The notes under the pieces are model-generated. The model saw only the letters and a list, made by a program, of their open reading frames with translations, did no database searches and was not told where the DNA came from. From contig MHWS01000005.1 of the NCBI GenBank assembly GCA_001824215.1, positions 1,219 through 43,881 on the forward strand: a DNA stretch of 42,663 nt, in the 5' to 3' direction. This DNA is from Candidatus Zambryskibacteria bacterium RIFCSPLOWO2_12_FULL_39_16 (GTDB lineage: Bacteria > Patescibacteriota > Minisyncoccia > Phycocordibacterales > WO2-35-19). This document shows, piece after piece, positions 35,493 to 42,663 of this stretch. Each line of letters begins with the position of its first letter. The stretch's first letter is position 1. The position numbers were made by a program, and so were the translations under genes.

Positions 35493-37244
35493 TTATTCCG
35501 ACACTACACGCAAAACTTCCTCAATGGTAGTGAGACCTTGAGCTGCTTTGAAGATGCCATCTTCAAGCATAGTGAGCATCCCCTCTTTTTTGGATTGGAG
35601 TTCGATATCTTCGGTAGTAGAACCTTTGATTATAAGATCTTTAATTGCAGTAGAGACGTTGAGTACCTCGTAGATACCGATGCGACTTTTGAAGCCTTCT
35701 TCTCCAGCGTCTTTTTTAGGTTTAAAGAAAGGTATATTTTCCCAGTTGTCGCTTTTACCAACCATCTTCTCTTCTCTAAGAATTTTTAAAACATTATCCA
35801 GATTAACCACTTTGGATATTGAATCTACTTCCGCTTTTGAAAGATAATATTTCTCTCTTTTGTCAGAAAGTTTTCTAACCAGCCTTTGGGCAATAATAGC
35901 GTCAAGAGTGGATATTATAAGAAAAGGTTCGACTTTCATATCAATAAGGCGAGGTACTGCACCGGCAGCCGAATTAGTATGCAAGGTTGAAAGTACCAAA
36001 TGCCCCGTAAGAGAGGCGTTGATAGCGAGTGATGCCGTCTCATTGTCGCGGATCTCACCTACCATTATTATATTGGGATCTTGACGTACCAAAGTGCGCA
36101 ACCCAGTAGCAAAAGTCAGCCCTATTTCCGGCTTAACTTGAGTTTGATTGATTCTTTTCATTTGGTATTCAACTGGGTCTTCAATGGTAGAAATGTTGAC
36201 ACCAGGTGTGTTTAAAATATCCAGCATGGTGTAAAGTGTCGTTGATTTACCGCTACCAGTTGGACCAGTAGTCAGTATCATGCCGGTGGTATGCTGTAAT
36301 ACTTTGTGTAACAGTTCCAGACCCTGTCCATGAAAACCTAAAGATTCCAAAGTAAAGCCTGATACGGATTCACGTAAAAGCCGCATGACCGTTTTTTCAC
36401 CATAATAGACAGGCAAAGTGGAGACGCGAAAAGAAACTTTTTCTCCATTCATATCGATTTTAAATCTGCCATCTTGAGGCAATCTTTTTTCATCAAGTTT
36501 CAAACTGGAAAGCACTTTGATGCGGGCCACCAACGAATAGCCGATATGTTTTGGTAAAATCATGGCGTCATGCAAGATACCGTCAATTCTATACCTGACT
36601 AAAATCTGGTCTTCCAAAGGTTCTATGTGAATATCGGAAGCATTTTGGATAATGGCATGCTTGAGCAAAGTATCTACGATCCGCACTACTGGCAATTCTT
36701 CAGCCAATTTTTTAAGATCACCTTCAGAAGCGCTTTCGGCTGGCAACTTATCGGATATAGTCTTGATTTCATCAGAATCGATTTTTATAAGGTCGCCAAA
36801 TTCGTCCTTAAGGTTTTTCTGGTATTGGATTAAGGCTCCCCGCATTGATTCAGAGTCGGTCAGGCGAGGTAATATTTTCAGCCCCACTTTTTTCTTTATT
36901 GAATTTAAGGCTTGCAAGTCATCGGTATCGAGCATAGCAACCTCAAGAGAATCGTCTTTTTTTTCAAAAGCGATTATGTTGTGCTTTCTGGCAATTGGTT
37001 CGGGGATAAGACTTAGAATTTCATGGTTTAGAACCTGCCCTTTCAAATTTATGAAAGGAATACCGAGGATATAAGCTTGAACCCGACGCAAATCATCATC
37101 AGAAAACTTACCTTTTGATATGAGGATTTCGCTTATCGGTTTCTTTTTTGATTTGGCTTCTTTTTCCACTTCCTCCACTTCTGATTTGGAGATAAGCCCG
37201 GCATCAATAATAAAATTTTTTATTTGTGAATCTTCTACATGCAT
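35493..37244 (-). CDS. pilB: Type IV pilus assembly ATPase PilB (GspE/PulE family)
   Basis: ASDIHIEP, RLPQDGR, TGPTGSGKSTT, TIEDPVEY, RQDPNIIMVGEIRD, TGHLVLSTLH. Confidence 0.95.
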   Translation of the reverse strand: MHVEDSQIKNFIIDAGLISKSEVEEVEKEAKSKKKPISEILISKGKFSDDDLRRVQAYILGIPFINLKGQVLNHEILSLIPEPIARKHNIIAFEKKDDSLEVAMLDTDDLQALNSIKKKVGLKILPRLTDSESMRGALIQYQKNLKDEFGDLIKIDSDEIKTISDKLPAESASEGDLKKLAEELPVVRIVDTLLKHAIIQNASDIHIEPLEDQILVRYRIDGILHDAMILPKHIGYSLVARIKVLSSLKLDEKRLPQDGRFKIDMNGEKVSFRVSTLPVYYGEKTVMRLLRESVSGFTLESLGFHGQGLELLHKVLQHTTGMILTTGPTGSGKSTTLYTMLDILNTPGVNISTIEDPVEYQMKRINQTQVKPEIGLTFATGLRTLVRQDPNIIMVGEIRDNETASLAINASLTGHLVLSTLHTNSAAGAVPRLIDMKVEPFLIISTLDAIIAQRLVRKLSDKREKYYLSKAEVDSISKVVNLDNVLKILREEKMVGKSDNWENIPFFKPKKDAGEEGFKSRIGIYEVLNVSTAIKDLIIKGSTTEDIELQSKKEGMLTMLEDGIFKAAQGLTTIEEVLRVVSE

Positions 37245-37247
37245 ACG

Positions 37248-37291
37248 ATTTAGCGAAATCGTGTCGCCCCAACGTCAATTGAGGGGCGACC
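37248..37291 (-). promoter_or_regulatory. Conserved 5'-leader hairpin motif, copy 3 (before pilB)
   Basis: GGTCGCCCCTCAATTGACGTTGGGGCGACACGATTTCGCTAAAT, 3 nt before ATG 37244. Confidence 0.75.
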
Positions 37292-37371
37292 CAGAGCACG
37301 ACTTTACTTCTTTTTAATTATACCAAAAATATAATCAATAAGAAAAAACTAAGGGGAACAAAAAATTATAC

Positions 37372-37899
37372 CTAATTTCTGGACCTGTTTCTCATCACTG
37401 GAATTAGGTACTTCCTTGTATTTTTATCCAAATCGATGAAGTCATCAGCCGCTTCGATGAGCCTTGCTGAAGTTGATTTGCCAAAAGAGGCCACTTCAAC
37501 TTGGCAGCCGCCATTTTTTAAATATTCCACCAATGGCACGTAATCACCATCACCGGTAATCAAAATAACCGCATCCAGCTTTGGCGCAAGCTTTATTGCG
37601 TCTACCGCCAAACCCACATCCCAGTCCCCTTTTTTGGCTCCACCAGCAAAAACTTGCAGATTTTTTGTTTTGGTCTCAATGCCTATTTTTTCCAAAGCTT
37701 CAAAAAAACTTTTTTCTTCACCGGATTCGGTGGTAATAACATAAGCTATGGCTCTAGTAAGCGACCTTCCTGCCAAACCTTCTTTGACCACTTGGTCAAA
37801 ATTTACTTTGGCTCCATAAATATTCTTGGCGCTGTGATAAAGATTTTGAGTATCAATAAAAATACCAACGCGCTGATTCTTGTGTTTAATAACTGCCAT
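37372..37899 (-). CDS. NYN domain protein (LabA/DUF88 family)
   Basis: IFIDTQN, KGDWDVGLAVD, TGDGDY, ADDFIDL. Confidence 0.9.
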   Translation of the reverse strand: MAVIKHKNQRVGIFIDTQNLYHSAKNIYGAKVNFDQVVKEGLAGRSLTRAIAYVITTESGEEKSFFEALEKIGIETKTKNLQVFAGGAKKGDWDVGLAVDAIKLAPKLDAVILITGDGDYVPLVEYLKNGGCQVEVASFGKSTSARLIEAADDFIDLDKNTRKYLIPVMRNRSRN

Positions 37900-37985
37900 A
37901 AAATTAACTTAGAGCTTGAAGTTTATCTGCCGAAGAGGCAAGCCTTCAAACCTTTCTTATAAAAATGCGAACGAATTAAAAAATA

Positions 37986-38258
37986 TTAAGAAGTCTTTTT
38001 TAGACCAAGCTTCTTAACAAGGCTATTATACCTTTTTGTATCTTTTTTCTCCAAATATTTCATATGAGACTTTCGGTCTGCTACCAGACCCAAAAGGCCT
38101 CGGCGAGAGTGTTTATCTTTTTTGTTTTTCTTCAGATGAGCGGCCAAATCATCGATCCGACGCGAAAGCACTGCGATTTGCACTTCCGGGCTACCAGTAT
38201 CGGTGTCGTGAATTTTCACCTCTTTTATGATTCTTTGCTTTTTGTTCTTTGTAAGCAT
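37986..38258 (-). CDS. rpsO: 30S ribosomal protein S15
   Basis: DTGSPEVQIA, KKDKHSRRGLL; GGAGG RBS. Confidence 0.98.
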   Translation of the reverse strand: MLTKNKKQRIIKEVKIHDTDTGSPEVQIAVLSRRIDDLAAHLKKNKKDKHSRRGLLGLVADRKSHMKYLEKKDTKRYNSLVKKLGLKKTS

Positions 38259-38268
38259 GTTTCCTCCA

Positions 38269-38549
38269 AACTTTTTAGCTTTTAAAATAATTCATCAATA
38301 ACTTCTTTATATTGTTTCTACCCCACCCAGTCTTAAAAAATTGCTCTCTACCAAATGCATCTTCTTTATTTAAAAATGCCTCGTAGTAAATCAGCTTCAA
38401 CGGAACTCTATTTCTTGTAGATGGCACTCCTTTGGAATTATGCAAATGAAGCCGCTTTTTAAGATCACCTGTACAACCAATATATAACTCATCATCCTTT
38501 TCGCTTTTTAGTATATACACATATTGCATAATTCCAAAGCTAAAAAGTT
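38269..38549. repeat. 14-bp perfect inverted repeats flanking the GIY-YIG gene
   Basis: AACTTTTTAGCTTT (38269-38282) / AAAGCTAAAAAGTT (38536-38549). Confidence 0.8.
38275..38529 (-). CDS. Small GIY-YIG nuclease
   Basis: YVYIL..LYIGCTGDLKKRL..HN, YYEAF, RE..FK. Confidence 0.92.
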   Translation of the reverse strand: MQYVYILKSEKDDELYIGCTGDLKKRLHLHNSKGVPSTRNRVPLKLIYYEAFLNKEDAFGREQFFKTGWGRNNIKKLLMNYFKS

Positions 38550-38641
38550 AGTGAGGATGAGCCCCATAAACATATCACAAAACCCTATTTTATGCAACAT
38601 ATCCTTTGTATCCCCAATAAAATGTGATTTATTTAAAATAC

Positions 38642-38670
38642 TTGACAAAAAGAGTGGGTAGGTGTATAAT
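38642..38670 (+). promoter_or_regulatory. Consensus sigma70 promoter
   Basis: TTGACA-17 nt-TATAAT. Confidence 0.8.
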
Positions 38671-38718
38671 GCAAATGTAAAAGATACACAATCTTTAGTT
38701 CTTTGGGAGGAGACACTA

Positions 38719-38967
38719 ATGATAACGCAACAGATTTTCCTGTTGGTATTAGTTATCTGGGTTTCAGTCTACGGCTTCTCAATGATAATCGGCCAACACC
38801 AGTTTTTTGCTCGGTGGACTGGCAGAACATTGAGGGGGGCCGTGTCGTATCTCTGGCGCCAGCTAGTCAGATTTGTCCAGTGGGTTTGGCGCCGCCACTG
38901 GAAGTTGGTCGTAGGGTTTGCCGCCGGAATTTGGGTGGCACTCTACGTCACAGGCTACTTTCGATGA
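38719..38967 (+). CDS. Small Trp/Arg-rich membrane protein (82 aa)
   Basis: GGAGG at 38706-38710 before ATG 38719; two hydrophobic segments; consensus promoter upstream. Confidence 0.7.
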   Translation: MITQQIFLLVLVIWVSVYGFSMIIGQHQFFARWTGRTLRGAVSYLWRQLVRFVQWVWRRHWKLVVGFAAGIWVALYVTGYFR

Positions 38968-39081
38968 AGTTATCGAGGGTAGCCTTTTTGTTTGCGAAAA
39001 TATTACTGTGTTGTGCGACTTTAGCTTTGCAAAGTTGTATAACACATATTGTGCGACGTTAGAAAGTGTTAGAATGGAAGT

Positions 39082-40005
39082 ATGGCTCAAGATCTGGAAC
39101 AATTAAAAAGGCAGTTTTTGGAATATGTTGAGATTGAAAGAGGCAGAGCTTTGAAGACTGTTGAAAATTATAATCATTACCTTTCGGTTTTTTTAGAGCA
39201 AACTAAGGTTAAAAAACCAAATGAGATTAATGATAATATGTTGCGCGAATTTCGCCTTTGGCTCAACAGACAATCAACCGGTTTTTTGAAGAAAAAAGGC
39301 GAGACACTCAGTAAAAAAACTCAAAATTATTATCTGATTGCCATCCGGGCCTTTTTGAAATACCTAGCAAGGCAAGAAATCAAATCAATGCCATCAGAGA
39401 GAATAGAACTGGCTAAAGTGTCAGAAAGATCGCTTGATCTCATAACTGATGCAGAGCTGGGGCGACTTTTAAAAGCTCCTGAGGGTGATAGTGTCAAATC
39501 ATTAAGAGATAAAGCCATACTTCATCTCCTGTTTTCAACCGGGCTGCGCGTCTCCGAACTTTGTAATCTGGATAGGGATATTGATTTGAAAAATGATGAA
39601 CATTCTATAAGGGGTAAAGGTGGAAAGGTTAGAGTTGTTTTTTTCTCGGATGAAGCCAAGAAGGCTTTGCGTGATTATCTGGGGAAAAGAAAAGATTTAG
39701 ATGACGCAATGTTTGCCCAACTTTCCAAAAATGGAAATTTTGGTAAAAAAGGCCTTAGGATAAACAAAAGATCAGTAGCTAGGATTATAAAACAATATGC
39801 CATTGCCGCCGGTATTTCTAAAAAAGTGACGCCCCATACCATGCGCCACCTTTTTGCCACCGACCTCCTTTCAAACGGCGCTGACTTGCGTAGCGTCCAA
39901 GCTCTCTTGGGACACGCCAATATCGGCACTACCCAAATTTATACCCATGTCACCGACAAGCACTTGCGCGACATCCACAAAAAATTCCACAACAGAAAAG
40001 CATAA
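39082..40005 (+). CDS. Tyrosine recombinase, XerC/XerD-like
   Basis: N-terminal SAM-like domain; STGLRVSEL, GKGGKVR, TPHTMRHLFAT, LLGHANIGTTQIY. Confidence 0.93.
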   Translation: MAQDLEQLKRQFLEYVEIERGRALKTVENYNHYLSVFLEQTKVKKPNEINDNMLREFRLWLNRQSTGFLKKKGETLSKKTQNYYLIAIRAFLKYLARQEIKSMPSERIELAKVSERSLDLITDAELGRLLKAPEGDSVKSLRDKAILHLLFSTGLRVSELCNLDRDIDLKNDEHSIRGKGGKVRVVFFSDEAKKALRDYLGKRKDLDDAMFAQLSKNGNFGKKGLRINKRSVARIIKQYAIAAGISKKVTPHTMRHLFATDLLSNGADLRSVQALLGHANIGTTQIYTHVTDKHLRDIHKKFHNRKA

Positions 40006-40006
40006 C

Positions 40007-40082
40007 AGAAAAACAAAATATGAAATTTCTAAAAGCTGCAGAACAAGTCTCGCTTATTAAAAATCTCATATTTTGTTTTTCT
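40007..40082. repeat. Long hairpin (17-bp perfect outer stem) after the recombinase gene
   Basis: AGAAAAACAAAATATGA ... TCATATTTTGTTTTTCT. Confidence 0.8.
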
Positions 40083-40085
40083 TCT

Positions 40086-40124
40086 CCCCTCTCCTGCTTC
40101 TAGGAGAGGGGCTGGGGGTGAGGT
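40086..40124 (+). repeat. REP-like element, third copy
   Basis: CCCCTCTCCT-GCTTCT-AGGAGAGGGG-CT-GGGGGTGAGGT. Confidence 0.85.
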
Positions 40125-40136
40125 ATTATTATAAAT

Positions 40137-40949
40137 ATGAAAATTGTATCTTGGAATGTAAATGGTCTACGAGCAGTGCATAAAAAGGGGCTGTTTTTGT
40201 CTTTTGTGGAGAAATACAAACCAGATATTATTTGTTTACAAGAAATCAAATCTCAAAAAGATCAAAATGAGTTTGATTTGAAAGAATATGAAGAATACTG
40301 GAACCCAGCAGAAAAAGCTGGTTATAGCGGCACTGCCATATTCAGTAAAGAAAAACCGATTCAAGTAATTTTTGGCTTGCCGGATGATTTATGTAAAAAA
40401 TACAGTATTGAAAATGATGTTTATGGAGACCCAAATAAAGAAGGTCGTGTTTTAATAGCTGAGTTTAAGGATTTTTTCGTTGTAAACGTTTACACTCCAA
40501 ATTCCAAGCCAGATTTGAGCCGTCTTGGTCTCCGCCATAAAAAATGGGACCCAATATTCCTGGAGTATGTCCTTCGACTTCACTCAGGACAAGTAAATAA
40601 AAAAGGAAAGAATGTTATTTTCTGCGGTGATTTAAATGTGGCTCACACTAAAGATGATCTCGCCAATCCAAAACAAAATGAAGGTGGACATGGTTTTACT
40701 AAAGAAGAAAGAGAAGGGATAGATAAAATTATAAAAGACGGGTTTATTGATACCTTTCGCCATTTTACCAAGGGAAATGGGCATTATACTTGGTGGACAC
40801 ATTGGGCAAATGCCAGAGAAAGAAACGTGGGCTGGAGAATAGATTACTTTTTTGTAAACAAAGAATTTATATCTAAAATCAAAACGTCAGAAATTCTTCC
40901 TGACGTTTTGGGTTCGGACCACTGCCCTATTTTACTCGAAATCAAATAG
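40137..40949 (+). CDS. xth: Exodeoxyribonuclease III (AP endonuclease)
   Basis: SWNVNGLR, CLQEIK, GYSGT, CGDLNVAH, YTWW, GWRIDY, GSDHCP. Confidence 0.96.
   Translation: MKIVSWNVNGLRAVHKKGLFLSFVEKYKPDIICLQEIKSQKDQNEFDLKEYEEYWNPAEKAGYSGTAIFSKEKPIQVIFGLPDDLCKKYSIENDVYGDPNKEGRVLIAEFKDFFVVNVYTPNSKPDLSRLGLRHKKWDPIFLEYVLRLHSGQVNKKGKNVIFCGDLNVAHTKDDLANPKQNEGGHGFTKEEREGIDKIIKDGFIDTFRHFTKGNGHYTWWTHWANARERNVGWRIDYFFVNKEFISKIKTSEILPDVLGSDHCPILLEIK
40571..40593 (+). repeat. In-frame TTCGAC-n-CTCA element in xth
   Basis: CCTTCGACTTCACTCAGGACAAG encodes LRLHSGQ. Confidence 0.8.
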
Positions 40950-40962
40950 ATTACACTCGCAG

Positions 40963-41169
40963 TTAAGCGCCCATCTTCTTTTCACAATGCTTGCAATTGC
41001 TTTTGTGTGTAAATATTTCAACGATTGCCGAAATACCCACCAAAGCATATACGAGTGTTGCTAAACCTTCGGGTATATAGTTACCTATTCCCCACCCCAA
41101 AACTTCTAGCCCCCAATTTAGACCTCCTACTACTAGAAGAATCCAAGTTACCATGTGAAGTCCTTTCAT
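40963..41169 (-). CDS. DUF378-like small membrane protein
   Basis: LLVVGGLNWGL ... VYALVGISA. Confidence 0.82.
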   Translation of the reverse strand: MKGLHMVTWILLVVGGLNWGLEVLGWGIGNYIPEGLATLVYALVGISAIVEIFTHKSNCKHCEKKMGA

Positions 41170-41545
41170 ATTTTTAAATTAGCTTTTAATAACATCCATT
41201 ATACAACCTGTAAAAAATGAATACAACAAAACCGCCAAGATGCGGTGGAGGATTCGCACAACAAGGCGGTTTGTAGAAAAGAACATCCCCCCAGCATAGC
41301 TGGGATAAAAGATAAGTTTCGCCAAAAACATGATTCATAAAAATTTTATAATATCTCTATCTTTAAAAATTTAAAAAGAGTGAGGAGATTTATATTTCAT
41401 TTTTATGCTTAACCAAACTTTCTTTCAATCCGACGTACATCGGATTATAAGGAACTAATGCTGATTATAGTCTTTAAAAAATATCAGCTGTCCGATATAA
41501 ATTTTATGTCTTTTAAAATTATTGTAAAGGACAAATTGTGGATAA

Positions 41546-42663
41546 TTATTTCACATGATGTTTGCCTCTTATTTCTTTTATTTCTTTTTCCTCTTCTTTT
41601 TCCTTCTTTATTTTCCCTTTATCTCCAAACTCTTTTAATTCTTTATCGGACATTTTGGATAATCCCATTGTCCTCTTCTCTAAATATTCTTCAGTATTGA
41701 GAGAGGGATCTTCCAACACTTCTTCCAGTAAAGAATTCAGTATGTTCCCTATTTTGGGTCCAGGAGAAATGTCAAGGATTTCCATAATTTTCTTACCATC
41801 AATTTTTAACATACTTACCGATATAGGATCTCTCATAACCTCCTCTATCATGGCTTGATATTTTCTCAATCTATAAGGGTTTTCCTTTGGTCTTCCTGTA
41901 CCGATACGATCACACCCTCTCAAATTTATTAAATCCCAGACATTTTCCTTACCAACATTTGCCACTAATCGTCTAACCGCAGAAAGGCTTATTTTTTCTG
42001 TATCGGAAAAGAACATATGCCAACGGACAAGATTGACTACCTGGTCTATTGTTTCACGTGAAAATTTTAAATTCTCAAGTATTTTCTTAGTTACACGTGA
42101 ACCAACAACTTCATGCCCATAAAAAGTCCATTGTTTTGCTTCCTCGTCCCATCTTCTGGTTTTTGGTTTTGATATATCATGGAGCAAAGCGGCAAGTCTC
42201 ACATGTAACGGATATTTTTTATCTGCTGAATGTTGAGCAGTTTTTAGTAAATGAGTCCAAACATCAAAAGCATGAGCTTTGTTTTGTTCAATACCAACGC
42301 CTTCTTCTAATTCCGGGATAATATATAGCAATAGACCCAATTTTTTTAAGATCATAAGCCCACTGCTTGGATTAGGAGACATCATTATCTTTACAAATTC
42401 ATCTCGTATTCTTTCACGAGAAACTTCTTTTAAAATATCTTTATTTTCTAATATTGATTTTTCTGTTTCTGGATCTAGAGGAAATCCTAGTTCCACATGA
42501 AACCGGATAGCCCTAAGTATTCGAAGACCGTCTTCAAAAAACCTTTCTTTAGCTTTGCCGACAGTTTTTATAACACCTCTAGCTAAATCAGCCACCCCAA
42601 AAAATGGATCTATAATTGCTCCGCTTTCTACATCGTATGCAATGGCATTAATAGTGAAGTCAC
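41546..42663 (-). CDS. cca: CCA tRNA nucleotidyltransferase / HD-domain protein (5' end outside the window)
   Basis: Frame continues to the window edge as (R)DFTINAIAYD..IIDPF.G; EDGLRILRAIRF, SRERIRDE, LLHDISK, FYGHE. Confidence 0.9.
   Translation of the reverse strand, partial: DFTINAIAYDVESGAIIDPFFGVADLARGVIKTVGKAKERFFEDGLRILRAIRFHVELGFPLDPETEKSILENKDILKEVSRERIRDEFVKIMMSPNPSSGLMILKKLGLLLYIIPELEEGVGIEQNKAHAFDVWTHLLKTAQHSADKKYPLHVRLAALLHDISKPKTRRWDEEAKQWTFYGHEVVGSRVTKKILENLKFSRETIDQVVNLVRWHMFFSDTEKISLSAVRRLVANVGKENVWDLINLRGCDRIGTGRPKENPYRLRKYQAMIEEVMRDPISVSMLKIDGKKIMEILDISPGPKIGNILNSLLEEVLEDPSLNTEEYLEKRTMGLSKMSDKELKEFGDKGKIKKEKEEEKEIKEIRGKHHVK

Noticed and set aside
30363..37244. Type IV pilus cluster as a novel system
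   Set aside because: A pilB-pilC-minor pilin cluster is ordinary for CPR bacteria.
1..42663. CRISPR array, rRNA, transposase, DGR reverse transcriptase or template repeat
   Set aside because: No regularly spaced repeats, rRNA-like tracts, or RT/transposase motifs were seen in the sequence or ORF track.

Overview
AT-rich chromosomal segment of a small-genome bacterium, most likely Patescibacteria/CPR of the Parcubacteria type. That assignment is inferred from the type IV pilus cluster, split comEC, many apparently leaderless genes and typical small secreted proteins. It carries housekeeping genes (recG, ftsH, smpB-ssrA, pnp, fusA-rpsG-rpsL, rpmB, rpsO, recJ, rnhA, pgk-tpiA, xth, a Xer-like recombinase, a partial CCA-adding enzyme), competence and pilus genes, and several accessory genes. 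Unexplained structure: (1) a 44-45 nt covarying hairpin plus ATTTCGCTAAAT motif sits directly before the start codons of three unrelated genes (sod, tpiA, pilB); (2) a probable remote DGR target gene has an A-depleted, NNC-rich 3' variable region followed by a hairpin; (3) several families of tiny palindromic elements sit in frame inside conserved proteins and between genes, many sharing a tandem-GA hairpin motif; (4) a GIY-YIG gene flanked by inverted repeats lies inside the rpsO leader; (5) a MITE-like element splits a TGATG recJ/rnhA junction; (6) the translation apparatus is unusual, with tRNA-Ile(UAU), an S12 carrying K42R and lacking P90, and a long non-canonical tmRNA tag.
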